Shown: positions 13,394 to 27,057 of the stretch, piece after piece
How the letters are laid out: each line of letters opens with the position of its first letter
How positions within the stretch are numbered: position 1 is the stretch's first letter
Assembly (NCBI RefSeq): GCF_006345805.1
Contig: NC_043001.1
Span: 128,526,001-128,590,000 of the forward strand
From: Octopus sinensis
Lineage: Eukaryota
Direction: 5' to 3'
Length of the DNA: 64,000 bases
The notes under the pieces: model-generated
Seen by the model: only the letters and a program-made list of their open reading frames with translations
The model's database searches: none
What the model was told of the DNA's origin: nothing
Made by a program: the position numbers and the translations under genes

Positions 13394-15339
13394 TTTTTTT
13401 AAAAAGCTTTTCACTTTTTATGCTGCAAACAGCTTTACTAGCTTATGGAAACCCTCAAAAAAAGAAAAAAACAGTAGCTGCATTAATAATGCTCTACAAA
13501 AACATTTAAAGTAAGGTGGGTTCACTTGAATGAGAACACAAAATTTTTTCCACATTCTTAATGTTTTACCCTTGCACCTTTTCTTGTTGATATTCTTTCT
13601 TGATTATGTCTTCTGTAGTACAGCAGAATGCAAGAAACACAGCTTGAGATACTCCACCTCTTTGGTTGCTTTATGAAGTCATGTCATTTAATTAATACCA
13701 TAAATCCTAGAGTATAATCAGCACTTTTTTCCCAAAATTTAAAGGTCAAAATCCCTAGTGCATACTGTATATGAGGTTAAAAATGAAAATTATTTTCTAA
13801 GCAATGTCCGAGTCTCTATTTGCTTGTCTGGCTATGTTTATTCAGACGCATTTTGTGATGTCGGGCACGAAAATACCTTAAGCTAAGCCTGAAAGCAATG
13901 AAGTCATAAAAGAATCATCCATAACTTGCAGTAAACAACATTTATTAAACATTATTACTGTTATTTCTTTATTTACTGCAAACAAAATGCACAAAAAAGC
14001 TACATGTTTGCATTATGTTATGTATACAATAATAATAAAGGATATTACCGTATACATTTTTACAAACCAAGGACGTTATATAGACCTCCTTGACTCAAGT
14101 CAAAGTTAACATAAGCAACATTTAAACTCACTAAATAAGAGAGACAACTAAATACTGCAAGGTAATATGTCCAATGATTTCTGACTTCAGTACAAGGTTG
14201 TATATTTGAAGGGAGAGGGTGTATTGTTGATTCATTCAACTTCAACATTGGTGCTTATTTTAGTTAGTTTCTAGACTTTGGTGAAATTTGGATTAAAAAT
14301 GTATAAGGAAGGATACAAATAATTTAAGACGTTTAGTCCAACTAGTTCCCTCTAAAATAATATAATGAAATCATCATATTTGATTAACATAATTATAATT
14401 ACAATGACACTTTAATAATAATTGTGATTTTGGCATAAGGACAGAAATTTTGAAGGGAGGTGGGGATAAATTAACTGCATCAAGGCTTGTACTTCAATGA
14501 CACTATATCTTATTGAACTTGAAAGGAAGAAAAACAAAGTTGGCCTTGGTGGGATTTGAACTCCAACCATAAAGAGCCAGAAGAGAAGCTGCTAAGTAAT
14601 TTGTCCAACATGCTTATGATTCTACCAGCTTGCCACCCTTGTATTAATAATAATAAATCATTTCTAACAAATTTGTGAGATCTAGTTTTAGCCCGGTCAG
14701 CTTTCATGTAAATCTGAATGTTTTGTTTGCAAATTTCTATATTGGAAAAAATATTTTTCAATAAATTATTTTATATAACGGAACTCAAAAGAGATAAAGT
14801 TATAAATAACAGCATGTCAAATATTGGATTAAAAAAAACCTTTTGGATGGAAAAAATGTCCTGTGCTAACACAAGTAATAATTGTTTCTAAAATACCTGG
14901 AATTTTGGAGAGGAGTTTATACAATTTGCTGGTATTTTATTTTATCAACCATAAAGAGGATGGAAAGCAAAATTTATTTTTATGGGATTTGAACTTACGA
15001 GTGTTAGCAAATATTGCAAATGTCTGATGCTCTAATGATTCTGCCAATCCACGTCTCTATATACCACCCAACTCAAGAAGACCTGCCCACCACAACAGAA
15101 TTGGGATCCTAAAACCAAGTGCCATGTAAAAAGCATTGGTGTTGGTGCTTGTGCCACACAAAAAGCACCCAGTACACTCAATGGAGTGGTTGGCATTAGG
15201 AAGGGCATCCAGCTGTAGAAACCAAGCCTAAACAGTCTATGGGACCTTGTGCAGCCCCTGGTCTTACTAGTTCCAGTCGAGCCATCCAAACCATGCCAGC
15301 AAGGAAAATAGACATTAAATGACAATGCATAATGATTGT

Positions 15340-15790
15340 GTCAGGCTCACAACCCTAAGGTAGTGAGTTCAATTCCCAGACTGGGATGTGTTGTGTTCTT
15401 GAGCAAGACACTTTATCTCGTGTCACATTGCTCCAGTTCCCTTATCTGCAGAAATGAGTTATGTCACTGGTGCCAAGCTGTATCAGCCTTTGCCTTCCTC
15501 TTGGATAACATCAGTGGTGCATCTTTCGGGGTCGATAAATTAAGTACCAGTTATGCACTGGGGTCGATCTAATCGACTTAATACCTATGTCTGTCCTTGT
15601 TTGTCCCCTCTATATTTAGCCCCTTGTGGGTAATAAAGAAATAGGTATGGTGAGGGGAGGCTGGTATGCATGGGCAACTGCTGGTCTTCCATAAACAACC
15701 TTGCCCGGACTTGTGCTGCAGAGAGGAACTTTCTAGGTGAAATCCCATGGTCATTCATGACCAAAGGGGGTCTTTACCCTTTTTTTTTCT
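15340..15790 (+). mobile_element. tRNA-derived SINE with nested family C fragment
   Basis: gagttcaattcccagactgg...ttgagcaagacacttt head similar to the 42530 copy. Family C fragment at about 15522-15645. Confidence 0.65.
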
Positions 15791-16104
15791 ACTTTCTATG
15801 CGAGACAGAAGTATGTTTATCTGTTGAATCATTGTCATTTTGTATTATAATTTACAAGTTCTAAATTGAAATATTCAGGAAAAAATATATTAGCAACGAA
15901 ATGACCAGTTATAAAGTTTTAGATATCCATTTATGTACATTGCTACTGCTACTTCTGTCAACCTACATTGGATATAATGACAGAACAGCAACCCTTATAA
16001 AGCAACAATTAAATAAACTGTATATTAGATACAGTTGTGAATCTGAGTACCAACAAGTTGAAAATGAAACCCTCAATCCTTTTAGCAGTAAGACTAAACG
16101 TGAA

Positions 16105-16235
16105 AAAGCGGGATGTGCTGGAGCCGACAGGTTGCACCGGGTGGGAGGAAATACTACAATGCTTAGTATTATACCAACTCCCCATGCAATTTCCTCCACC
16201 CGGTGCAACCTGTCGGCTCCAGCACATCCCGCTTT
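16105..16235. repeat. GC-rich inverted repeat (about 48-bp arms, 36-nt spacer)
   Basis: aaagcgggatgtgctggagccgacaggttgcaccgggtgggaggaaat / atttcctccacccggtgcaacctgtcggctccagcacatcccgcttt (one indel). Confidence 0.95.
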
Positions 16236-18086
16236 CCTATATGTGCGTGTGTATGTGTGTGTGTGTGTGTGGTGTGCGTATGTATGTGCATATACGTGTA
16301 CGTATGTGTACACATACATATATATATATACATGTGCATGTGTGTGGGTGTGTGTATGTGCATATACGGTTCCCTGCATTTTCCCCCTATATATACAAAT
16401 TTTGTCTCCCATATATGACTTCTTTTCCCTAAATATTTCTTCTCCTACACCCATATCCTCCCTATGTAGTCTCTTTAATTCCCTACATCTATACCCTTTC
16501 ACATTTCTAACTCAGATGTTGAACGCACACGCCAAACTCCACTTCCCACCTTCCAATTTTCAGTTCCCCCCGCCCGCCCCTACGTTTAACACACACCTCA
16601 ACTTTCAACCACCTTCATCTCATGTTAAACTTTACAAAATTTATTTTATCTTTTTTATTTTATTTTATTTTATTTTATTTTATTTTATCTTATTTTATCT
16701 TATTTTATCTTATTTTATTTTATTTTATTTTTACTTATTTTTACTTTTATCCTACTTCCATTTTTTATTTTTAATTTTATTTTTACTTTTATTCTACTTC
16801 CATTTATTCTCATTTTCATTTTCATCCCTTACCTTAACTCTTATAATTTTTATAATTCTTATACTTCATTTCTAACTATTACATTGTATTTCTTATTTTA
16901 TACTGTATTTTTTATTTCTAATCTTTACCCTTACCCTCATTCTTACCCCTAACTTATCGCTTTACACCTCTATATATGTTTATTCACTTACCTATGGATC
17001 CATCTTTTGAATATACGAGCGTCCGCGTACGTGTGTGTACGCACACATACATATGCACGCGCATATATGTACATGCATACTTCGATATCTTATAGCTATA
17101 CCCGTGTGTCTCTCTGTGTGTGTATGTGAGTGTATATGTGCACGCACATACGGACACACAGCCGTGTGTGCGTGCGCATGTTGACATGAGTACGGGATTC
17201 TTTACTTACGTTCTTATACACATCCTTTAATATCTTATACCTGGACCTAGAGGCGTGGGCATATACGTGTGTGTATGTAGTGATGGGCGCGCGTATATAC
17301 ATGTGAGCGTGTACGCGCATAATGTCCGTGTATATATGCGGATATTCTGTTGTATGTATGTGTGTGTACGCGCGTGCGTGTGGGTGCGTGTGTTTATGTA
17401 TGTGTTTACGCGCGAGTGCGTGTGTATGCTTATAGGCTTGGAGGCGTATATGTACGCGTGTATGTGGGTGTATGTATCCATGATGATATGTATGTACTAG
17501 AAGTCCATTTAATTCAAGGAACCAGATTAAATGCTCATCAGCTCTGATTTACAACGCATTAAGTCCAGACGAAACTGTTGATTTACTGACAATTCTACAA
17601 CTAAATTTTATCAATCTCCTGACCACCATGCTTGGTCCGTAACCTCTATACATCCCTTATCTTTACATTCTTTTACACTTTTATCATGGTTTTATCAGGT
17701 TTTTTTACTTTTATTTCTATTTCTATTTTTACTTTACAACCTTATGCCTTTACATTTATTTATATTTCTTTATACCCCCTTTACATCTCCTTACAACTCT
17801 TTATATCTTTATCCTCTACATTTTTATATTATTCTATACTTACACTTTTTATACATTTTTTATCCCTCGTCCCGAACTCTCGCCCCTCCATCTTCACCTC
17901 TATATATGTATTTATTTATTTACATTACCTCAACATCCAATTTTCCTCATTCTACATTGAGAGAAGAAAGAGATGGACGCTTCAATTCTATGCTGCTGCC
18001 GCATTATGTCGTACGTGAATGAGAGGATTTGCATCCCCAACCAAGAATTTTTGATGTAACACATGTCCTTGTGGAAGCTGTTGTGC

Positions 18087-18164
18087 GCGGCTGAAGAAGG
18101 CCACAGACATACATTATGCATTGTTATAAATCTGTCTAATAAAGGCCCGAAACATATGTACCGC
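18087..18164 (+). ncRNA. Type-I hammerhead ribozyme motif (GUA triplet)
   Basis: gcgg-CTGAAGA-aggcc acaga...tctgt...aggccc-GAAAC-atat-GTA-ccgc. Helix I is gcgg/ccgc and helix III is palindromic. Confidence 0.75.
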
Positions 18165-18211
18165 TGAATCCTTCGCATCATGTTTTTATTTTATTTTATA
18201 TATATATATAT

Positions 18212-18480
18212 GTGGAGGCGCAATGGCCTAGTGGTTAGGGCAGCGGACTCGCGGTTTCGATCCCAGACCGGGCGGTGTGAGTGTTTATGAGCGAAAACAC
18301 CTAAAAAGCTCCACGAGGCTCTGGCAGGGGGTGGTGATCCCTGCTGTACTCTTTCACCACTCTTTCTTTTTGGGCTGCTTGCTTAGCCAGTGGGGTGGCG
18401 TCATTCGAAGGCTAAAACAATGCGAATGCATTGTGACCAGCGATGTGTAACAACATCTGATAGCCTGGTCGGTCACGGTG
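18212..18480 (+). mobile_element. tRNA-derived SINE (family B head, tail type 3) in (TA)n
   Basis: Same head as 402 and 10882 but a different 3' end, ...gcctggtcggtcacggtg(AT)n. Confidence 0.85.
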
Positions 18481-19971
18481 ATATATATATATATATATAC
18501 ACAGCCACATGCACACACACACATGCATATATGCACATAGGTAAAAAACAAGGTGGAGAAAATAGGACTTGATTAGCAAATGTAGGGTAAAATATAGTGT
18601 TTAAGATAGACTAAAGCAGAGTGAAGCTGAAAAATTTCAGACTCTGTTACTCTGAGTTTCATGTAATTGATCATCAGACAGAAGTGGATTTTTTTGAAAC
18701 ATTGGTCTACAGATAGTTTATAAATAGTGCAGTAATAATCATTTGGTAACTCATTGAATATTTGAAGCTAATTGGATAGGAGGTTATAACTTTTCATATT
18801 TATTGTAGGATATCTTTACTTTTTGGAGTCATTAGACTGTGGCCATACTGAGGCAATGGTTTGAAGAATTTTTGTCAAATGAGTAAATCCCAGTACTTGT
18901 TTCTTCTTTTTTTTTTCAAGTATTGGTACTCATTCTATCATTCTCTTTTACCAAACTGCTAAGTTATGGGTAAATAAACACGGGATAAACACAAAGACAT
19001 GAAGACACACACACACACATCCATAAAGACACTTGCCCAAGGTGCCATGCAACAGGACTGAACCCAGAATCATGAGGTTGGGAAGCAAGCTTCTTACCAC
19101 AAAGCCATGCCTGCACCTATAAATTTGATAAAAGTCATCTTTTTTACTTGTTTCACTCATCAGACTGTAGCCATGCTGGGGCACCACTTTGAAGAATCGA
19201 CCCCAGTATATATTTTTTAAAGACGGGTATTTATTCTAATGATCTCCCTTGCTAAATGGCCAAGCTACGGGTATGTGAACACATCAACACCAGTTATGAA
19301 GAGGTGATGGGTGACAAACAGATACACAAGCACACACACACACACATATACATATATATATATAAATAATAATAATAATAATATTAGGGAATAAATCCAA
19401 ACTTACAGGGAAAAATTAGATTTAGGATTAAATCCAATTTTATAGTATAAATATATTATATTATATTATATTAAATTAGAGATAAAACCACTATTAGGCA
19501 AATCAAACAGTGAAAAACATAAGCCAATACAATATAAAAATATAAGTTAAAAATTAAAAAATTATTTAAATAATTTAAACTTATAAATTTTAAATATATA
19601 TATACAAATATATATATATATATTATTTTATTTATTTATTAATTAATTTTTTTTTATATATATAAATATCAAAAGTATTAAAAATTTATATATATATACA
19701 CATATATATATGACAGGTTTCTTTCAGTTTCCATCTACCAAATCCACTCACAAGGCTTTGGTTGGCTGGCCTGAAGCTATAGTATAAGACACTTGCCCAA
19801 GGTGACACAAAAAATTTATTTAATATTTCTTTGATGGTTGTGGACCTGGTATTTGTCAGTAAAAACCACCAATCTAAATTACATTCCTCTGTAAAATAAT
19901 ACTGATTTCTTTTTGGATGTCATTTCTGTAGTTGGATGGAATGGGGCGCTGTAGATTGACTCAATACCAAT

Positions 19972-20310
19972 ATCATCATCATCATCATTTAGCGTCCGCT
20001 TTCCATGCTGGGATGGGTTGGACGGTTCAACTGGGATCTGTGAAGCCAGAAGGCTACATCAGGCCCAGTCTGATCTGGCAGTGTTTCTATGGCTGGATGC
20101 CCTTCCTAATGCCAACCAGTCCGTGAGTGTAGTGGGTGCTTTTTACATGCCACCCGCACAGGTGCCAGACGGAGCTGGCAACGGCCACAATTGGATGGTG
20201 CTTTTTACGTGCCACCGGCACAGGGGCCAGGCGAGGCTGGCAACGGCCACGATTGGATGGTGCTTTTTACGTGCCATCGGCATGGGGGCCAGGCGAGGCT
20301 GGCAACGGCC
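19972..20310 (-). mobile_element. RTE-type 3' end / non-autonomous retroposon with (GAT)n tail (family D)
   Basis: Reverse strand ...ggcattaggaagggcatccagcc...aaccgtccaacccatcccagcatggaaagcggacgctaaatgatgatg, with internal tandem units of about 55-60 bp. More than 10 copies in the window. Confidence 0.85.
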
Positions 20311-20559
20311 AATATATTGTTAATAATTAATTTAATGCCCTTCCCCCTCCCTCTGATATTGCAGGAGGGAAGGGCATTAAATTTAACCCAGGATAAAACC
20401 AAATACTGCAAGCTGTTTACTTTGGTACTCTACCATTTATACAACATGTTAACTTTCATAAATAACAGAAAATAAAAGCAAATGATGAAGTTCATTCTCA
20501 AATAATTTTTATATTATTTAATGTCTTGTACTAGAAAAAATACTATTTACTAATATTTT

Positions 20560-21256
20560 TCATGTCTTTGTAATGAAAGACTTCAAAAGAGTGTCAGCAG
20601 CAAACCCAGGATTAATAATCCGACGAGACACTTTCTGTTCTAATTCAAGAAGTTGTTCCTTCACATGTGGATGATTTTTGAATATATCTAGCATCTTACT
20701 CTGGATGTAGTTCCACATCCATATTTTACGCTGTGCATCTCGCTTTCGTACCAGCTCTCCATTCTCTGAAAGTTTATTTCTAAAATCAGTCATGTGTGAC
20801 CAAAGTTCTTCTATTCCATTTTTCTTAACTGCAGAAATTCGCAATACTTTCGGAGTCCACCCTGAACTTTTCCTCTGTAAATATTTCAGTGCACTTAAAT
20901 ATTCTGATTGAATCCTTCTGGCAGCAGGTGCGAGATCCCCATCGGATTTACTTATTACAACAATATCAGCTACTTCAACAATTCCCTTTTTGATTCCCTG
21001 TAATTCGTCACCACTGGCAGGAGGAATTAGTAAACAAAACATATCCACCATATCAGACACCATAAATTCAGACTGACCCACACCTATGTTTCAATAAGGA
21101 TTATGTTGTAGCCAGCACTTTCACAGAGCAGGACAGTTTCGTTTGTTGTTCTTGTTACACCACCTAGATTTCCTTTAGCAGGGGATGGTCTGATGTATGC
21201 ATTTTCATCCACTGAAAGCATTGGCATACGAGTCTTATCACCAAGTAAAGAACCAC
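20560..21256 (-). CDS. MMAA: MMAA coding exon 2 (contains a 1-nt frameshift near 21086)
   Basis: Acceptor ttgatttatag|GT GGT TCT. Reads [10 protein letters not shown]...[14 protein letters not shown]...IILIET, then shifts frame to [16 protein letters not shown]...[13 protein letters not shown]...SKSDGDL and stops at TGA 20560. The exon is 697 nt, one short of an intact frame. Confidence 0.93.
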
Positions 21257-21310
21257 CTATAAATCAAAGAGAGAGAAAGACCAAAATTAATAATTATATA
21301 AACATATTAA

Positions 21311-21531
21311 TCCTTTCGTTACCAACCCGGCTGAAACCGGCTCTGGCTCTTTAGTATAAATATCTTGTTTTCATAAGTTTTGAATTCAAATCTTCAACCA
21401 AATCTTAGTCACAATTTATGTTCCTAACACTAGCTTAATGATAACAATGTTATTTTATTAAATTCTTTGTTATATTTAAAATAATTGGAAGAAACACAGA
21501 GCACCTCAAAATAAATACAGTAATGAATGGG
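21311..21531. mobile_element. piggyBac-like MITE (degenerate)
   Basis: TTAA|tcctttcgttac ... gtaatgaatggg|TCAA. Confidence 0.55.
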
Positions 21532-21578
21532 TCAACATTCTAAATACACTAACATATTAACATTCTAAATACACTAAT

Positions 21579-21965
21579 AGGTGCAGGAGTGGCTGTGTGG
21601 TAAGTAGCTTGCTAACCAACCACATGGTTCCGGGTTCAGTCCCACTGCATAGCACCTTGGGCAAGTGTCTTCTGCTATAGCCCTGGGCTGACCAATGCCT
21701 TGTGAGTGGATTTGGTAGACAGAAACTGAAAGAAGCCTGTCGTATATATGTATATGTATGTGTGTGTTTGTGTATCTGTGTTTGTCCCCCTAGCATTGCT
21801 TGACGACCGATGCTGGTGTGTTTACGTCCCCGTCACTTAGCGGTTGCGCAAAAGAGACCGATAGAATAAGTACTGAGCTTACAAAGAATAAGTCCCGGGG
21901 TCGATTTGCTCGACTAAAAGGCGGTGCTCCAGCATGGACGCAGTCAAATGACTGAAATAAGTAGA
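21579..21965 (+). mobile_element. Family A SINE
   Basis: Full-length match to the 2127 copy. Confidence 0.9.
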
Positions 21966-22937
21966 AAAGTAACAAATGATCGTTAAGCCAAGTGAAATCA
22001 TAGTTGTGGCCATGTAAACGGTACCCATGCTGACAGCACGTAAAAAACACCCATTACACACTTGGATTGGCTGGTGCTAGGAAGGACATCCAGCTGTAAA
22101 AGCCATGCCAAATGAGACTGGAACCTGGTGCAGCTCTCCAGCTTACCAGTTCCAGTCAAACCCATACCAGCATGGAAAGCAGGCATTAGATGATGATGAT
22201 GATGGTCATCGTCGTCATAATCATCATCATCATCATCAACAACATCATCAGGATAGTAATTGTGATACATAAGTACTTATTTACTTTAACCCTTTGCTCC
22301 ATACAGAGTATAAGACCACCAACAATCTTTTCCTGTTTTCAATTCTGAGCTGCCTTTTCTGCTTCTTCCCTGTTGGACCCCCTGCCCTTTCAGCCCCGCC
22401 TCAGTATCCCACCTCCATCTATTTTTAGGGTATCCTCTCTTCCACATCCCTTGTGGGCATATATTTTCCTGAGAGATTTTCCTCTCCCAGGTCTTTTCTC
22501 TACGCAAACCCATTTTTCTCTCTGGGAAGGGGTGGTCCATGTTAGTGTGACCTCTATCTTTTCACCTGTCCAACATAGGAGGTTGTGCTCCACTGGCATA
22601 GCTCTCGGGTCATTGAGACACACAAGTCACAGCACTGCAACAAGGACTGCCCTTTGTGATGGTTGATACTTAAGTAGTACGGCTAACGCCCCCAGATACA
22701 CATGCTGCAGTCTTTTCAATAAAATTGTTTTTACTTCTGTTTTTTCAAAGCTGGCATGGGTTGGACATAACTTCTTGATGCCCTTCCTGATGCCAGCCTT
22801 TGATTTCAATTAAGGTAATTTATTTCACACCGTCACACCTTGAACCAATAAATTGCAGGACAGTGTTACCCAGGTGGTGTACATATGAAGATCAGTGAAT
22901 ACTATTACACACACACACACATATACATACAATATAG

Positions 22938-23323
22938 GCTTTACTCTTTACTCTTTTACTTGTTTCAGTCATTTGACTGCGGCCATGCTGGAGCACCGCC
23001 TTTAATCGAGCAACTCGTACTTATTCTACCAGTACTTATTCTATCGGTCTCTTTTGCCGAACCGCTAAGTGACGGGGACATAAACACACCAGCATTGGTT
23101 GTCAAGCAATGCTAAGGGGACAAACAGAAACACACATACATGTATATATATATACATATATACGATGGGCTTCTTTCAGTTTCCGTCGACCAAATCCACT
23201 CACAAGGTTTTGGTTGGCCCGAGGCTATAGTAGAAGACACTTGCCCAAGGTGCCACGCAGTGGGACTGAACCCGGAACCATGTGGTTGGTAAACAAGCTA
23301 CTTACCACACAGCCACTCCTGCG
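22938..23323 (-). mobile_element. Family A SINE
   Basis: Reverse-complement full-length copy. Confidence 0.9.
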
Positions 23324-23509
23324 CTTTCATACAGTTTCTGTTTAAGTTAACCTTAGTCTATAATTGAAGGCACTTGTCCAAGATGCTACACAATGGGATC
23401 AAACCCCAAACTACATGCTTGCAAAAACTATCACTACACACACATACAAGCTGAACCCAATCATGATTTCATAATTCATTCTGGACTGCTGGATAGACGG
23501 AGAGAATTG

Positions 23510-24270
23510 AGATGTTGTTGGAGAGAAGTGTGTACGAATGGGTAATGACATGCTTGCGCTTAGTGATTCTGAAAAGAAAAAAGGCATGGAAGAACTACTA
23601 TGAAAGGCTATTAAATGTGGAAAATGAATGGGAGAAAGAAAGTCTTCCACATATGAACCAACAGAGGCACCAGCTATCCTAGTTGACACAGTATGATAGA
23701 CAAGGCAATTAAAGATATGAAAACAGAGAAAGCCCCTGGTCCATCAGAAATCACTGCTGAGATGCTTAAAATATCTGGTGGAGTAGGATATGGTGTAGTC
23801 ACCTGTATAGTTAATCAGGTTGTTTAGCAAGGCATAATTCCCAGTGACTAATGTAGCAGCATCATAGTCAGCTACTACAAGAGTAAAGGAGATACCTCAG
23901 ATAGAAGTAATTATAGAGGCATCAAACTGCTGGACCAGTTATAACCAAATTAACTGGGAAAAGAATTAGACTAGATGAAATGCAGTTTGGCTTTGTCCAA
24001 AGGAGAAGCACTTCTGATGCTATATTCACCATCAGGCAACTGCAGGAGAAGTATTTAACTAAGAATAAGCCATTGTACTTGGTATTTATTTACCTGGAGA
24101 AAGCTTTCGCCAGAGTACTTTGCTCTGTGATATGATGGTGTCTGAGGAAGCTAAGGGTAGATGAGTGGATTGTGAAAGCAGTACAGGCTGTGTACAAAGG
24201 TGCTGTTAGTAAGGTAAGAACAAGCCATGAGTACAATGATGAATTTAGCATAAAGGTAGGTGTTCACCAA
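23510..24270 (+). mobile_element. RTE-clade LINE reverse-transcriptase fragment (pseudogenised)
   Basis: Translation across stops and frameshifts: AWKNYYERLLNVENEW...KAPGPSEITAEMLK...YKSKGD..DRSNYRGIKLLD...DEMQFGFV..RSTSDAIFTIRQLQEKY...LEKAF...IKVGVHQ. A further piece (VVDSFCYL) lies at about 24645. Confidence 0.9.
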
Positions 24271-27057
24271 AGCCACAGTCCCTCAATACTACTTTCCACT
24301 CCCAGTTGAGGAGTTCTTGTCTTGCAAGATACTTGATGATCCTGTCAGTGCTGGTGCCACATAAGAAGCACTGTGCTGGTTCTGCATAAAAAAGCACCCG
24401 GTTCGTAAAGTGATTGGCATTAGGAAGGGCACCCAACTGCAGAAACCATGCCAAAAAAGATTATGTGCAGCTCCTGGCCTTGCCAGCTCCAGTCAAACCG
24501 TCCAACCCATGCCAGCATGAAAAACGGACATTAAATGATGATAACGATGATGGTGGTGATTTATAAATTTTGCTTAAATCAGTATTTGAAAGGTAAGAAT
24601 ACTCAAGCAGTGAAGTCTTTCAATTATCCAGAAGACTTCCAAGATGTAGTTGATAGCTTCTGTTACTTAGCAAACCAAATTCACAGTGGAGGTGGAAATC
24701 GCAAAAGCATAGTAATAAGAATAAGGATGGAGGGAGGGAAAGCAATTCAGTGAGCTACCACTTCTGTTGGCAACAAGTTTTCTATGATGCTTGCTTGAGT
24801 ATAAAAAGCAATATTACATGGAGATGAGACATAGGCACTGAATGTGAAGGATGTGTGAAGGTTAGAAAGAAATGATAGATGAAGCACAAGGGTACCGTAA
24901 GAAGAGGAGTAGTGTGGAAAGAGAGAAGAGGAGTAGCGTGGAAAGAGGGAAGACGGTGCTGGTTATGGAAATGTGGTGCATATGAAGAATGTTAGTTGGG
25001 CATATAAAATGCCAAATGATGCAAGTAGAAAGTGCTTGAGAAGAACAAGGTTGAAGAACTGATAAAGTCTAACCTCATGGTATTGGCTCTTACAAAGGAG
25101 ATGAAGAATGACAGCAACAAATGATGAGATGTAAACAAACTTATCTCATTCAAAACTACAGAATAAAAGAAAGCAAAATGGATTTTAAAAATTATGTCTG
25201 TCATAGACCTCAATTCTTTTGTATTTATATTGTTTAAGCTAATTGTTTGACTTCAGCAAAAATCTATCAAGAGATGGTTTCTTTAATTTCACTTGTGAAA
25301 AAGTTAAACATACACTACCGTCAGAAATTAATTAACACCCTTGATTTGCTCTTCACTCAAAGTATGTGCTGTCACCTAGTGGCCATATCTCGAACTATTG
25401 CTTTGTTGCGAGTTCACTGTTGCGCAGAACGATGACGTAACTTTGTTTGCAGAGCAGTTTGAGAGTCTACAGCCTTATGATGTTGACATAGCAGTGCAAC
25501 AACTTGGAGTGCGGATGCAGACAAATCTTCCTTTGTTTAATAGATATAGGTAGCACTTCGCAAGGACTGAAATCACACCATACTAAGTTTTCTCATCGCG
25601 TAAGACGTTTTGAACAGCTCATAGGTTAATTGATTTAACCTATTTAATGTAAAAATTTGAGAAGTGCTAATTAATTTCTGACGCAAGTGTATAGACAAAT
25701 AAAAAAAAAAATATACATATATTACCTCGCAATCATGCAGACGAAGGTAAAGTACAATGATATCAGGATGGTTTTAACAACCACCTACCAAACAATGATA
25801 TCACATTCTAGCAAGTGCTTGACACAAATAACTACACATAAAGCCCACTTTATCAACGGGTTATTGTGAACCTAAGCGGAGTTTCTGATTGAGTGCCCTA
25901 ATTAATACCCAATGAGAAATGAAAATGAAACAAAAATTGAAAAACGTAGAGGGTTCACAGTCCGAATTATTTCCAAAAAAAAAAGAAAAAAAAGGATGGT
26001 CACAGCTTTGCTTAAATGCTTTTGACTATAGGTCTACTTCGTCAGCTGTGAATTCGGATAAAATTATACCACTCTCATACGATACTTAATGGATCAAATC
26101 AAGTCATTAAGAAAGAAATTTCCTAACAGTGAATAATTTTTTTCTTTTATTCAAAACAAGCTTTCACTTTGTTTAGTATGTTTTCCAGTTATATAAACAA
26201 GGTCGTTGTTTGTCGCTACGCTGCCGGTAAAAATATTTGTTAATCATGTACGTACCTTAATAAATTTTCTAAATGGAAGTCTTTTTTAAAGTTTGTGCTG
26301 CGTTGTCTATTTGTTGAAACACACGCAACCCACCCACCCAAAATAATAACTACTGCTTGTACTAACGAAAGTTAAATAAAAAATTTAACAAATTTAAAAT
26401 TAAAGCAGTTAATTTTAGTTAATCGACTTCATCCGAGATCAGAATGATTGCCGAACTAGGTGTAATAAAAAGGAAATTCAGTTCATCTGCCCTTTTTGCT
26501 TCCGTAGTAACATAATTTCAAGGTGTAATTTTGTGTGTAATGCTCCCACGACGGAGCATTTGTAACCAAACCACTTTTATCTTACTAGATTGTACTCTTA
26601 CATACCACTAAAAGAAAAGATGACCATCACTGGAATGGCTTAATTCACAGATCTGTTCAATCGGTTACCTTGAAGTTATAAATAAACAATAATGATAAAG
26701 CTTTCAACGCTACGCAATTATTATACCTGCAGGAAATAACAGCTTGACCTCTCTTAAATCACACTTAGGCAGAATTCTGGGTTAAGCATCCCAAAAAGGA
26801 GGCCTCAGATAATTTAGTCCTGGATGGACTAAGAAAGAAGAAAAGAGATTAGGGCCGTTGTAACAGCATCATGGGCCCTGGATTAAACAATGCAATAGGG
26901 ATCTTCTATAATGTTTGACAGCAAGTCACAGCATACCCAGGTTAGCTCTGTCGCTCCAGAGCCACTGCTCCATGTGCTGACGCCTTAAGACGGCACATCG
27001 AACGTGACAGTAACTTGTTGAGAGTTAACCAATAACAGTATGCGTAAAAGCTGAAAA

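Noticed and set aside
15901-16875. 324-aa ORF (longest in the window)
   Set aside because: Composed of an inverted repeat, (TG)n and (TTTTA)n low-complexity sequence; no domain and no splice context.
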